Part shown: positions 1 to 9,784 of the stretch, piece by piece
How positions within the stretch are numbered: position 1 is the first letter of the stretch
How the letters are laid out: every line of letters begins with the position of its first letter
DNA from: Candidatus Latescibacterota bacterium
Lineage (GTDB): Bacteria > Latescibacterota > UBA2968
NCBI GenBank assembly: GCA_965204375.1
Contig: OZ241986.1
Location: 4,224,001 to 4,288,000, forward strand
Reading direction: 5' to 3'
Length of the DNA stretch: 64,000 nt
Program-made: the position numbers and the translations under genes
The notes under the pieces: generated by a model
The model's input: the letters and a program-made list of their open reading frames with translations, nothing else
Databases searched by the model: none
Told to the model about the DNA's origin: nothing

Positions 1-1242
1 CGATTTTCGCCACACCCACTCAGCAAACAGACCCTTCATCGCCAACAACAACGGCAATGCCCCCACATAGTAGCGCAGATCGGCAAACGGGTTCAACCAT
101 ACAGGCTGCACCGAGAGCATCGCCGAAAACAGCGCAAACAGCGCGCCCATCAGGATAATTTTTCCTGCCGATGCCAGTGGAAAATCATCTCCGAGTATCT
201 TTTTTTTAAAGCCTGCACCATCGTCGGTCTGCTGGAATCGTCGCCGTCGCCTTGCCTGTCGCGACGCCTTACTCCCCTGCTTCCGTCGAGATTGCCACAT
301 GAGCAGTGCCATGCCCACAAACCACAAAAATACCGACCATGAAATCCAGTCGGCAGTGAACAGTTCCCGGATATATATCCATATCCTCTGAAGAAAGAGG
401 ACAAAAGCGGGGCTATCTCCTCGATATGGCGTTGGTGCTTGACCTGCAAATGCCATAAAGCCACTGCGCTCGCCACCAATGACACCCACCCAGTAGAGGT
501 ATCCAGTTCCCACCGCGACAACAGCAACGCCGCATAAGGCGAACAGCACCCACTCCCTCAAAGTGGTCGCGCGAGCGCGAAACAGCAAATGATACGCCGA
601 TAGTGAGAGCATCGTCGCCGCGCCGCCAGCGTAATGGTTAAAGAATGACAACGCTGCCACCACCGCGATAACTGGCAAGTACGCTATATGTCGGCTCCGC
701 CAGTAACACTCGTACAGATAAAAGATGAGTATCAGCGCGAGCACCATCACCGAAAAGTAGCGGGACTGGCGGAAATACAGCAGCAACTGCGCCGAATAGG
801 CAGCGAATAAAAAAATAAAAAACATCAGTCGCGGGTAGTTCGACAGGTGCTGGCGCAACAGCAGGTAAAACACACCGAGGGCAACAACTCCAATGACAGC
901 GTGTACAATACGAGCACCTACCTCATTGACGCCGAACACCGCGAACCCGGCTGCATTCAGCACGTACATCAGCGGCGGCAACACATCGCGCAGATCATCG
1001 TTGAGCGTTCGCCCATTAGTGCCGCCGAGCAGATTGCGCCCGTCCCAGCCAACGATATCGCCCTGTTGCAGCAGAGCCTTGCCAAAAAAGGCGGCATACG
1101 CCTCGTCGTACCACAGCGCGGCGTAGTCCAGATTGACCAGACACAGGTACGCGGCGACCAACAGCACACCTGCGGACGCCGCAGTATATGGCACAGCGCG
1201 CAAACGGTCAGATAGCGAGCGCAGTGCGGCAAAGTCGGGCAT
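1..1242 (-). CDS. GT-C (ArnT/GT39-like) membrane glycosyltransferase, 3' end outside window
   Basis: Not in ORF track (runs off edge). Manual translation from ATG 1242 with AGGA SD: MPDFAALRSL...ALWYDEAYAA...LPPLMY...ARIVHAVIG...QSRYFS; WxDE loop motif and many TM segments. Confidence 0.75.
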   Translation of the reverse strand, partial: MPDFAALRSLSDRLRAVPYTAASAGVLLVAAYLCLVNLDYAALWYDEAYAAFFGKALLQQGDIVGWDGRNLLGGTNGRTLNDDLRDVLPPLMYVLNAAGFAVFGVNEVGARIVHAVIGVVALGVFYLLLRQHLSNYPRLMFFIFLFAAYSAQLLLYFRQSRYFSVMVLALILIFYLYECYWRSRHIAYLPVIAVVAALSFFNHYAGGAATMLSLSAYHLLFRARATTLREWVLFALCGVAVVAVGTGYLYWVGVIGGERSGFMAFAGQAPTPYRGDSPAFVLFLQRIWIYIRELFTADWISWSVFLWFVGMALLMWQSRRKQGSKASRQARRRRRFQQTDDGAGFKKKILGDDFPLASAGKIILMGALFALFSAMLSVQPVWLNPFADLRYYVGALPLLLAMKGLFAEWVWRKS

Positions 1243-1251
1243 GATATATCC

Positions 1252-3063
1252 TTATTCGGGTGATTTCGGCGACGTGGCTTTTCGTCGCCTGAGTGCTATG
1301 GAAAACTGCTCTGCGCGCGTGAGGTGCTCCAGGTTGAAACGAATGGGGGGATCATAATAAAACAAACCTACGCCCTCGCACTCGAAGATTTGCGCCGGTT
1401 CACCGAACACAGACCGCACAACATCCTCATCTATCGAACGCGTTGGAAGAAAGTCGCCACATTGTGATGTTTGGCGGGCGTCGGATTGCGACCTCGGTTC
1501 GACGACAAAACGCCTCCCGCGGAAATTGTCGATGACGACCACTTGAAAATCGCCGGTAAAATGGTGCCGGTTGTTCGCATCCCAGGAAATGGCCAGTGGG
1601 GCATCGAAAAAACGATCTCCCAATATACTCAAATTCTCCACGGGCAGCGCCCTGCTTATCGGGTTTTCAGGATCAGCGACGGCATTCCGCAGAAATCCCC
1701 AAATGCCAATACCTCCCGTCCATCCCAGGCGATTGGCGATATCGCGCAAGCAAACCGCATAAGGTGTTTGGAAAGGCGCGAACCGCTGGTAATCGAAACG
1801 CCAGATTTTGATCACAGCCAAGACCGTAGCGATAATCACCAGAGAAACCGGCAGATAGCGACGAAGTTGGGGCTTGATCTTTTCCGACCATCCGGAAAGC
1901 ACAACGAGCAAAGGCCAGCCAACAAACAGAGGAAAAAACAGGAGGGGAAACATATAGCGGGATTCGAAAGCGTACCAGAAAGGGGCAATAATGGCATCTG
2001 GGGAACTCACCAATCCCGTGACAACCATCGCGGATGGCGTAGCAACGACGGATGCAACGACAAATATCGCGGCAAAAGACCGCGTACCATTGTTCGACCG
2101 GGAGAAAACAACCCATCCGAAGCGAATCCAAAGAACGAAAAACAAAATCCAAATCGGTACCAGATGCCAATACAATCGCCCTAACGCTCCCATAAAGTGC
2201 AGAAAGGTCACCAGACTGGCAAATAGATCCTCAAGTCGCAAACTCAAAAATTTTCCGGTATTCAAGCCTTTCTCGAAAGGCCCCAATGTAAGGTGCATCA
2301 CGTACCCGAGCAAGGTCGCCGCCGTCAAAATGACCAACCAGATCGCCGCCGGTCTCGATGGGATGTCTTTTCTCCACCATTGCAGGATAATCGTCAAAAA
2401 GGCTGGCGCAACGAACCACGGCACAATCGTCACATCACTCGCAGCGATCAATGTCAACAGTCCGAACAGCAAGCAGACTTTCGCGCGCGAATATCCCAGG
2501 CAAGTCCACAATAGCCAAGGAACAGCCGACCATGTGCCGCTGTGAATGGGGATCAAAACAATCGCCGGCAAAAACAACTCGTTTTCCCCATACGCCAACA
2601 ACAGAATCTGCACAGCGTAGGCCAACGGTACAGCACCCTGCACGAGCGGGCCAGCACCCAGACAGCGACACACCAAAATCCAACCTGCTGCACCCAAAGC
2701 GTGCAGCAGAAAACCGCACAAAAACCAGACCACATCCGGTGGAAACATCGCCGCGAGTGCGAACCACAGAACCATGCAGGGGAAATACATTGGCGCGACC
2801 CCGGTTCGGACACCATCTGGTGAAAGACCGCGAATAAAGATATCGTTGTATATCTCTTGAAAGAACCAAAAATCCCCGGTGAAAAGATTTTCTGAGACAA
2901 CCACACCGTCAGAAAACCCACCCAACAAAGCAACATAAGACAACAGCAGTACCACGCTTCCAACCAGCAGGTGCGACCACGCCCATGGTGGATAGACGAT
3001 ATCGGATGGAATTTCAGGAACCTTGTGAAGCGGACGACGACGGCGTTTGTGTTTGTTATCCAT
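1252..3063 (-). CDS. Polytopic membrane protein, probable GT-C-fold glycosyltransferase
   Basis: 603 aa, about 12 hydrophobic segments, SRYMFP motif, soluble C-terminal domain, glycosylation-cluster context. Confidence 0.55.
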   Translation of the reverse strand: MDNKHKRRRRPLHKVPEIPSDIVYPPWAWSHLLVGSVVLLLSYVALLGGFSDGVVVSENLFTGDFWFFQEIYNDIFIRGLSPDGVRTGVAPMYFPCMVLWFALAAMFPPDVVWFLCGFLLHALGAAGWILVCRCLGAGPLVQGAVPLAYAVQILLLAYGENELFLPAIVLIPIHSGTWSAVPWLLWTCLGYSRAKVCLLFGLLTLIAASDVTIVPWFVAPAFLTIILQWWRKDIPSRPAAIWLVILTAATLLGYVMHLTLGPFEKGLNTGKFLSLRLEDLFASLVTFLHFMGALGRLYWHLVPIWILFFVLWIRFGWVVFSRSNNGTRSFAAIFVVASVVATPSAMVVTGLVSSPDAIIAPFWYAFESRYMFPLLFFPLFVGWPLLVVLSGWSEKIKPQLRRYLPVSLVIIATVLAVIKIWRFDYQRFAPFQTPYAVCLRDIANRLGWTGGIGIWGFLRNAVADPENPISRALPVENLSILGDRFFDAPLAISWDANNRHHFTGDFQVVVIDNFRGRRFVVEPRSQSDARQTSQCGDFLPTRSIDEDVVRSVFGEPAQIFECEGVGLFYYDPPIRFNLEHLTRAEQFSIALRRRKATSPKSPE

Positions 3064-3103
3064 ATTTTCCGAAATGTTAGAGGACTATTTTTTTACAGCA
3101 TTT

Positions 3104-4075
3104 TTAACTCTGCAAATAGGCATCATAAGCGGCAAAAATCATCTCCCGATCACTCTGGCTCGGCTGCCAGCCAAGCATTTCACACGCCCTGGTCGTATCG
3201 AGAATCAAGTTCTTATCGGCAATCAAATATTGTTCTTTATAAAGCGGCTCAATACCCATTGTCGCCAGGCCCGAAAGTGCGGTATGCATCAATTTAACTG
3301 GCGTACTCAGGACGAGAGAATGCGAGCCAGCGTGCTGCACGAGATCGCGCATCAATTGTTTGACCGTGCGCTCGGGTACCGAACCCAAATTAAAACACCC
3401 TTTGGGAAATGCATTTTTGTACGCCAGAAGCACGGCACGGGCGCAATCTTCAACCGATACCATCTGGTAATAATTATCTCCCGACCCGATCAGCGGTATG
3501 GGCAAATGATACCGGATGAGTTTGAATAACTTAACAAAAACGCCGAGCCTGCCCGGTCCAGCAATCAGGCGCGGGCGAAATATCGTAAGCCTGAGACCCG
3601 TCTTTCTGGCCTTCTCCGTCAGCGCCGCTTCCATCAATTTTTTTGACATCCCATACGCCCCATTGGGACGTAGTAAATGGCTTTCCTCAACCGGCACAGT
3701 TTCAGGCATGCCATACACCATATCCGAAGAAAACTGCACCAGACCAGCCGCGCGTTTCTCAATCGCCAAATCTGCAATATGGCACGCGCCCTTAAAATTA
3801 ACCGCATGAAACCACGTCTGTCGGTTCGCGCGTGGAATGTCGAGATGATATTGCCGCGCTGCGAGATTTACGAAAACAGCACCATCTGGCAATTGGTCGG
3901 TCAGCAATGCGACCGAATGCGGATCAGAAATATCAATTTGAAAATAGGGCCTGCCACATTCGCGCGGCACCTCGCTATCCACAACAATTGCAGGTAGCCC
4001 AGCCGCACGCAGTTGACGAATGAGAACCTGGCCGACAAAACCCGCGCCCCCGAATACCACAAACACATTATCCAT
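3104..4075 (-). CDS. NAD-dependent epimerase/dehydratase (extended SDR)
   Basis: GGAGFVG Rossmann motif, SSDMVYG, YGMSK catalytic motif. Confidence 0.9.
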   Translation of the reverse strand: MDNVFVVFGGAGFVGQVLIRQLRAAGLPAIVVDSEVPRECGRPYFQIDISDPHSVALLTDQLPDGAVFVNLAARQYHLDIPRANRQTWFHAVNFKGACHIADLAIEKRAAGLVQFSSDMVYGMPETVPVEESHLLRPNGAYGMSKKLMEAALTEKARKTGLRLTIFRPRLIAGPGRLGVFVKLFKLIRYHLPIPLIGSGDNYYQMVSVEDCARAVLLAYKNAFPKGCFNLGSVPERTVKQLMRDLVQHAGSHSLVLSTPVKLMHTALSGLATMGIEPLYKEQYLIADKNLILDTTRACEMLGWQPSQSDREMIFAAYDAYLQS

Positions 4076-4508
4076 CTTTTGTAATCCCCAGAGACAAGCA
4101 CAATAGTCCGAAGAAAATCAACACCAGCCCCAACATATTGATCGGCTTCACGACTTCACCCAAAAATATATAGGCAATCACCGAACTCAGAATATAGCCC
4201 GCTGCCTGAAATGGGTAGGCAAGCGAAACTTGTAACCGGGACAGCACATAGAGCCAGATTACGATACTGACAGCATAACAAGCCAGGCCTGCCCAAAACG
4301 ACAACAAGGACACCAGTTGACTCGCCCATTTCAGGCTCAGCTCAAATCCCGTCACTTTCATACCGGCGCGCAGAAAGACTTGCGCCAGTGCGTTTAGCGC
4401 GACAGGTATGAGTACTATACCGATCAAACTTATCTTTGCTATGACGCTTCTCCTATTTCTTTTTTCCCGTCTGAATACCAGCACGCTTGAGCTTTGCCCG
4501 ATACTCAT
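4068..4508 (-). CDS. SMR/EamA small membrane protein, ArnE/ArnF-like lipid-phosphate-sugar flippase subunit
   Basis: 4 TM; AQVFLRAG, WLYVLSRLQVSLAYP, FLGEVV motifs; start uncertain. Confidence 0.8.
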   Translation of the reverse strand: MSIGQSSSVLVFRREKRNRRSVIAKISLIGIVLIPVALNALAQVFLRAGMKVTGFELSLKWASQLVSLLSFWAGLACYAVSIVIWLYVLSRLQVSLAYPFQAAGYILSSVIAYIFLGEVVKPINMLGLVLIFFGLLCLSLGITKDG

Positions 4509-4538
4509 CGGACCGTGGTTGGTACCCAGCCAAAAAAA

Positions 4539-6179
4539 TCAAAAGTCTATGAAGCGGATGCCACTATTGGGCGGGGGTTCTGGCGCATTGGGATTGATGC
4601 GCGTCATGATCTGATCCAAACCGCCGATGATAATCGGATTGTACCCCTCCCATTGGCGGATAGGCGCATCATTCTCGTCGCGGCGCCAGATCTGGACATC
4701 CCCAAATTTCTTCTCCACCGAATAGCCGGGAATGGTGAGATTGGCATTCTCCGACACAATATGGCTGACCGATGCCCCGATCGTCTCCATATCCTTATTT
4801 ATAACACGCCCTGAAAACGCATCGTAAAACGGAATCTCCCGGTGCAAATAATAATAGCCGGGAAGATTGAAATACGGTCGGTCAACCTGCCACACGCCCA
4901 GAACACCGGGCGCGCGGGCGAGGTAGCGATACGCGGCAAAAATCGGATCCTGACCGCGGATAAACCCCACCTTCCCCGTCTCCTTGGAAAAAGCGCGATA
5001 CACCTGATCCTGGGACGGCAGCGCATTCAGAACCCCACCTATCGAAACCGCCGCGAACAAAACGCCCACCACGCCCCAAACGCGCTTATTCCCGCGAGCC
5101 ACAAATCGCGCCACCACATCTGCGCCAATCACAAGCCACAGCGGAACAACTGCAAAAACGAACCGGTACTCCTTGTGCGCCTGCACAGAATGAACCAGCA
5201 ACACCAGAGCCACCATCGCCAGCAAAAACCCATAACGCCGCACATCGCGCAGTGCGACAACCACACAAAGCGCACCCAACCCGACACTCGCCAGCAAAAA
5301 CCACCACAAAAACTGATATCCCGGGGACTCGCCAGCGCGCCCCTGATCAACGATGAGATTGAAACGGATATTCGCAATATAGGAATGAAACAAACCGCCA
5401 TCCCACGTCATCGCATCAAACAGGCCCACCGCCAACAGAAACACACCTGCAGCAACCGCGAGATGAACCCTCTTCTCCGTCCTCAAAAAGAACACACCCA
5501 AAAGCAACAACGCAATCGGCGCGTATTGCAACCGCACCGCCGCCGCTATCACCGCTATGAGCGCCATCAGCCAAACCATCCCCACCCTATCCACCGACGA
5601 CCGCACACACAGCACCAACAACACCATCAGCAAAGCCGTAGCCACAAACTCCGTCATCGGCTTGTGGGCAAACCCCACCAACTCATACCAGAACGCACCC
5701 GCCAATAGCGCGACCCGCGCCGATGGCTCCCCAAAATGCCGCCGCGCAAAAAAATACATCCCAACCGGAATCAGCAGAGAAACCGCACAAAACATCAGCT
5801 TGACACCGCCCACATACCAGAACGGCTCGCCGAGCAAGACAACGTCAAACACCTTCAACATCCCGGCAACCATGCCCGGCACCAGCCATGCACGCGCCCC
5901 GTAGAAAAACTCCCAATAAGTAACCCCATGACCAAAAATTAGGCGATGCGCCGGCTCCAAATACTGCATCACCTCATCCGGGTGCAAAACAAAATCGCCA
6001 CACAGCGCAATCGCCGCACGCACCGCAAATGCCAAAACAAGCACCGGCAGCAAAAACTTATAGGGCCGTTCATCGGGCGTCTGCAAATGCAATAATCGAT
6101 CCACCACAGACAACCTCTGCCGATCCCCGTGCGAATCGCGACGCGTCCTCCTCGTCTTCCTTCTTCTTGCCATTCTCAC
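4539..6179 (-). CDS. Alg9/PIG-B-like (GT22) mannosyltransferase-family protein
   Basis: HPDEVMQYLEPAHRLIFG..WEF and HKEYRF motifs typical of Glyco_transf_22. Confidence 0.8.
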   Translation of the reverse strand: MRMARRRKTRRTRRDSHGDRQRLSVVDRLLHLQTPDERPYKFLLPVLVLAFAVRAAIALCGDFVLHPDEVMQYLEPAHRLIFGHGVTYWEFFYGARAWLVPGMVAGMLKVFDVVLLGEPFWYVGGVKLMFCAVSLLIPVGMYFFARRHFGEPSARVALLAGAFWYELVGFAHKPMTEFVATALLMVLLVLCVRSSVDRVGMVWLMALIAVIAAAVRLQYAPIALLLLGVFFLRTEKRVHLAVAAGVFLLAVGLFDAMTWDGGLFHSYIANIRFNLIVDQGRAGESPGYQFLWWFLLASVGLGALCVVVALRDVRRYGFLLAMVALVLLVHSVQAHKEYRFVFAVVPLWLVIGADVVARFVARGNKRVWGVVGVLFAAVSIGGVLNALPSQDQVYRAFSKETGKVGFIRGQDPIFAAYRYLARAPGVLGVWQVDRPYFNLPGYYYLHREIPFYDAFSGRVINKDMETIGASVSHIVSENANLTIPGYSVEKKFGDVQIWRRDENDAPIRQWEGYNPIIIGGLDQIMTRINPNAPEPPPNSGIRFIDF

Positions 6180-6293
6180 CCTTTTCCCACTTAACTTTCA
6201 ACCATTCCCTACAACGGATAAAAAACAAACACCTCACGGGTCGGCAAAAAGCCCTGTCCGACCTGGAGGCACTTGAAGAAAGATAGAAACCTT

Positions 6294-6326
6294 CTGGGTC
6301 GCGGCTAACGGCATGCCGCGATGACG
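6294..6326. repeat. CGTC-type palindromic REP (CTGGRTCGCGGC-loop-CCGCGATGACG)
   Basis: Same element at 11697-11729, 13070-13101, 39762-39794, 43790-44011 (x4), 53136-53168, 59393-59453; partial at 6843 and 8231. Confidence 0.8.
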
Positions 6327-6371
6327 GCTTTGGTTGAGGCATGAGGTTGAGGCATTATCGGTCTCCAGTAA

Positions 6372-6689
6372 TTAACGGCTGGCGGGTGCTCGGCCTGATA
6401 TGGCTTCGCGCAATCCCTCCAGTAATCCTTCCAATTTCGCCTGTTGGCGCTCCATCGTGCCCATCCGCGCTTCCAACCTCTCAAATCGCGCATCCATTTG
6501 ATCCAATCGCGCATCCATTTGATCAAGCCGTCCATCCATTTGATCAAGCCGTCCATCCATTTGATCAAACCGCGCATTCATCCCCTCACGTAGCCGTGCT
6601 TCTAAGCTCTTTGTATCCTCACGGGCATTCTTTTGACCATTCAAAATCAAACCCGCAAGACCAACGCCAACAGCGATAATTGTTATCAT
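6372..6689 (-). CDS. Small membrane-anchored coiled-coil protein with 21-bp (DQMDGRL) repeats
   Basis: N-terminal hydrophobic segment, heptad repeats, C-terminal LEGLLEGLREAI. Confidence 0.7.
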   Translation of the reverse strand: MITIIAVGVGLAGLILNGQKNAREDTKSLEARLREGMNARFDQMDGRLDQMDGRLDQMDARLDQMDARFERLEARMGTMERQQAKLEGLLEGLREAISGRAPASR

Positions 6690-6775
6690 TTCTGTCCTGA
6701 CTGCCTCATTTATTTTATTCCAACCTCAATAATATCGAATATAAGAAATATAGAGGGAAAGAACAAAGGCAAATA

Positions 6776-6882
6776 CCGTCTGAATCAGGATTTACTGGAT
6801 TATAGGATGGACAGGATAAAAGCAAAAACAAAGGCAAAACCTCTGGATCGCGGCTAAGCCTGCCCCCCGTATGAAAGCACTA
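6776..6882. repeat. Composite repeat: CAGGAT array + CGTC REP half + GCCTGCCCC element
   Basis: gtctgaatcaggatttactggattataggatggacaggat; 3' part is repeated at about 8224-8270. Confidence 0.75.
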
Positions 6883-6896
6883 TGAAATCATGCGCG

Positions 6897-7217
6897 TCAT
6901 GCATCCAACGCTTGCTCAAATGCCTCAAGGCTGGAGACCTGGATCGCAGCACGGTGCAACTGCTTCAGGCGTTGCAAATCGTCAATCTCGGCAATGCGAG
7001 CAGATAAGGGGTGCGCTTCGCTCAGGTCAAATCGAATCTCCAACACTTCGAGAATCGCTTCGATCGTGCTTCTTCTTTCACCTTGCTCAATGCCTTCCTC
7101 TCTGCCTTGTTCAATACCTTGCTCAATACCTTGCTCAATACCTTGCTCAATACCTTGCTCAATACCCAGTTGCTTAATGTATTGTGCAAACGATGACTCG
7201 CGCATAATGGCATCCAT
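6897..7217 (-). CDS. Putative in-frame internal small protein (RpnS-type antitoxin, 106 aa)
   Basis: AGGAGG (7228-7223) 5 nt upstream of in-frame ATG 7217 (MDAIMRES...). Confidence 0.6.
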   Translation of the reverse strand: MDAIMRESSFAQYIKQLGIEQGIEQGIEQGIEQGIEQGREEGIEQGERRSTIEAILEVLEIRFDLSEAHPLSARIAEIDDLQRLKQLHRAAIQVSSLEAFEQALDA

Positions 7218-7850
7218 AAGACCCTCCTGTAATAGAATACGATTGATCAGGCTCGGATCATACTCTAACCCACTCAATATCATCAACCTGCCCAAAAAGT
7301 CAACCTTTATTGATTCATCCACCGGCAAGGCATTCGTCGTGTCAACACATTGGTGTAACCACGCCTCCGAATCTATCCCAGCAGGACGTTTCATCAACGA
7401 TGCAAACGGAAACAAGCCCGAAGGTCCGCCATCAATAATCTCCTGTCCCTCTATCTCACTCAACCGAATCACTGTGTATTTGATCACAACAAGATGGCCG
7501 GATATTTCCTGAATAAAGTGCCCTGGATCGCGCCGACCTGCATTGCGCCGCAAATAGATCACGCTGGAGTAAATCGGCAGACCGTGCTGCTCTATCGCAC
7601 GTATAATATAGCCCGCCATGCGGAGCGGCATAGATGGATCGTCAGTGGTTTGAAACTCGTGATGCACCAATGCCTCCTTACCCGCGATATGAACGCGGAT
7701 GAGGCTATCGGTATGTCGTGTTTCAACTGTGTTTTGCTCTGTGTCGAGTATGTCGAGGACTTCTACATCGTCCTGTCCAAGCGTGAAGTGGATGAAGTCT
7801 TTGGGATAGGTCTGGATGAGATGTTTGGAGATGGTGTCATATTCGGCCAT
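6897..7850 (-). CDS. Rpn family recombination-promoting nuclease / putative transposase (RpnC/YadD-like, PD-(D/E)XK)
   Basis: TDSLI...HHEFQT, MPLRMAGY, VIYL; C-terminal GIEQ 12-bp repeats and LEIRF..I..IDDL..LKQLHRAA tail. Confidence 0.88.
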   Translation of the reverse strand: MAEYDTISKHLIQTYPKDFIHFTLGQDDVEVLDILDTEQNTVETRHTDSLIRVHIAGKEALVHHEFQTTDDPSMPLRMAGYIIRAIEQHGLPIYSSVIYLRRNAGRRDPGHFIQEISGHLVVIKYTVIRLSEIEGQEIIDGGPSGLFPFASLMKRPAGIDSEAWLHQCVDTTNALPVDESIKVDFLGRLMILSGLEYDPSLINRILLQEGLMDAIMRESSFAQYIKQLGIEQGIEQGIEQGIEQGIEQGREEGIEQGERRSTIEAILEVLEIRFDLSEAHPLSARIAEIDDLQRLKQLHRAAIQVSSLEAFEQALDA

Positions 7851-8009
7851 GTGGAATGCCCTGAGTCTGATGGGTGAATTCTATTTTAAAACACACGCAA
7901 CAGTCAGACCCTGAGCAAATATCGAGCCAACATCACAGAATTGAGCGATAAATCGTATGGACAGAAGCTCAAGAACCCTCATCAGGCTTTTAATATGCTA
8001 TATTGCGTC

Positions 8010-8196
8010 CTTAACTTGAATGTACGGATCGCCTTTGAGGCACATACAAACCGAACGCGCCGGGATGTAAAAGTGTAAGTTCTGATCCATGAAGGGTGGG
8101 ATATCGTGAAAAATATGTACCTTTGCCTCATCGCATCGTCACTGGGATCACCACAGCAAAAAGCCGCTCGCAATAACTTTAGCAAGCGGCCTTTTT
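8010..8196 (+). ncRNA. Candidate small structured RNA (unassigned)
   Basis: Extended -10 TGcTATATT 7996-8004; TGAGGCA 8036-8042 pairs with TGCCTCA 8124-8130; ends in a terminator-like hairpin. Confidence 0.3.
8158..8196. terminator. Intrinsic terminator-like hairpin (possibly bidirectional)
   Basis: AAAAA-GCCGCTCGC...GCAAGCGGC-CTTTTT. Confidence 0.6.
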
Positions 8197-8356
8197 CATA
8201 ATATTAATTGTATAGGCGAGATAAAAACTTCTGGATCGCGGCTAAGCCTGCCCCCCGTATGAAAGCACTACGGGGCAGGCTATGCATGATTTAAGCATCG
8301 GATCATACTCTAACCCACTCAATATCATCAACCTGCCCAATACGAATCGAGATGTG

Positions 8357-9784
8357 TCAAAGCAATCCATACCGCTTCATCTTGCTCCTCAAAACCATCC
8401 TCGAAATATCCAGAAGCGCGGCTGCCTGAACCTGATTCCCCTCTGTTCTTCGCAACGCCTCGCGAAGCAGTGCCCGCTCACACGCGGGCAGACTCATCTG
8501 ATCCTCGGAAAGGCTCTGCACCATCTGTTCAACACCACCATCCCCGCCTGGACCAACCTCAAACAGCTCAAAACTCAGATCATCTGCATCAATCTCTCCA
8601 CCCCCGCACAAAATAGCTGCCCGCTCAACCGCATTCTTCAGCATCCGAACATTGCCCGGAAACACCTGTTTCTGAAGCAACGCCTCCGCCTCCCTCGAAA
8701 AACCCATCAGCGGCTTCCGCAAATCGCGGGCATAATCAGATAGGAAATGCCGCGCCAGAAACAAAACATCCCCCACCCGCTCGCGCAACGGCGGCACCTG
8801 AATCGCGAACACATTCAACCTGTAATACAGATCCTCCCTGAACATCCCTTCCCGCACCGCTACATTAAGTGCCCTATTCGTCGCCGCAACCACGCGCACA
8901 TCTACCGCGATCTCATCACCACTCCCCACGGGTCGGATGCATCGCTCTTCCAGCGTACGCAACAGACGCACCTGCATCTCCAGCGACATATCCCCGACCT
9001 CATCCAGAAACAGCGTACCGCCATCCGCCAGCTCAAAATGGCCCTTCTGATCTGTCTTCGCATCTGTAAACGCGCCCTTCCTGTGCCCAAAAAACGCACT
9101 CTCAAACAAATTGCCCGGAATCGCAGAACAATTCACCGGAACAAACGGACCACCAGCGCGATCGCTCTCACAATGCACAGCCCGCGCAACCAATTCCTTC
9201 CCCGTACCCGTCTCTCCAACAATCAGCACCGTCGTATGATCCGTCGCAGCCACCTGCTGAATCTGCGCCTTCATCCTCACAACCGCCTCACTCTCCCCTA
9301 TCAGCGCACGCAAACCGCCCCGCTCTCGCTCCTGTGCCTCCATCCTATCCAGCCTCGCCTGAACCCTATCCTTCTCTTTGCGAAGCACCTGATAGCGCAC
9401 CGTGCGCCGGATAGCCGCATGCAACGCCTCCACCTTAAAAGGCTTAGTAAAAAAATCAAACGCCCCTTCCCGCAACGCCCGAAACGCATTCTCGGACTCT
9501 TTAACGCCCGTAATCACAATCACCTCGGTCTCAGGCGCAACAGACCGCACCCGCCGAAGCACCTCAAACCCATCTACACCGGGCATCTTCACATCTGTAA
9601 TCACAATATCAACAGCCTGGCTCTCCACCACCTCTATCCCCTTCTCGCCATTCGCCGCTTCAATAACCGTATGCCCTCTCGCAATGAGAAACTTTCCAAT
9701 CGAAGACCGGATATCTGCATCGTCATCGATCACCAGAACCGTCATGCTGACCTGCTCAGCCATAGTCATTCTTATTTCCCCCAA
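8357..9784 (-). CDS. Sigma-54-dependent response regulator (NtrC/AtoC family)
   Basis: REC (IDDD, TDVKMP), GETGTGKE, GAFTDA, LFLDEVG, FREDLYYRL, Fis HTH; true start probably slightly downstream. Confidence 0.93.
   Translation of the reverse strand: MGEIRMTMAEQVSMTVLVIDDDADIRSSIGKFLIARGHTVIEAANGEKGIEVVESQAVDIVITDVKMPGVDGFEVLRRVRSVAPETEVIVITGVKESENAFRALREGAFDFFTKPFKVEALHAAIRRTVRYQVLRKEKDRVQARLDRMEAQERERGGLRALIGESEAVVRMKAQIQQVAATDHTTVLIVGETGTGKELVARAVHCESDRAGGPFVPVNCSAIPGNLFESAFFGHRKGAFTDAKTDQKGHFELADGGTLFLDEVGDMSLEMQVRLLRTLEERCIRPVGSGDEIAVDVRVVAATNRALNVAVREGMFREDLYYRLNVFAIQVPPLRERVGDVLFLARHFLSDYARDLRKPLMGFSREAEALLQKQVFPGNVRMLKNAVERAAILCGGGEIDADDLSFELFEVGPGGDGGVEQMVQSLSEDQMSLPACERALLREALRRTEGNQVQAAALLDISRMVLRSKMKRYGLL

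Noticed and set aside
9050-9085. GAFTDA instead of GAFTGA in both sigma-54 activators
   Set aside because: Known natural variant; not evidence of novelty
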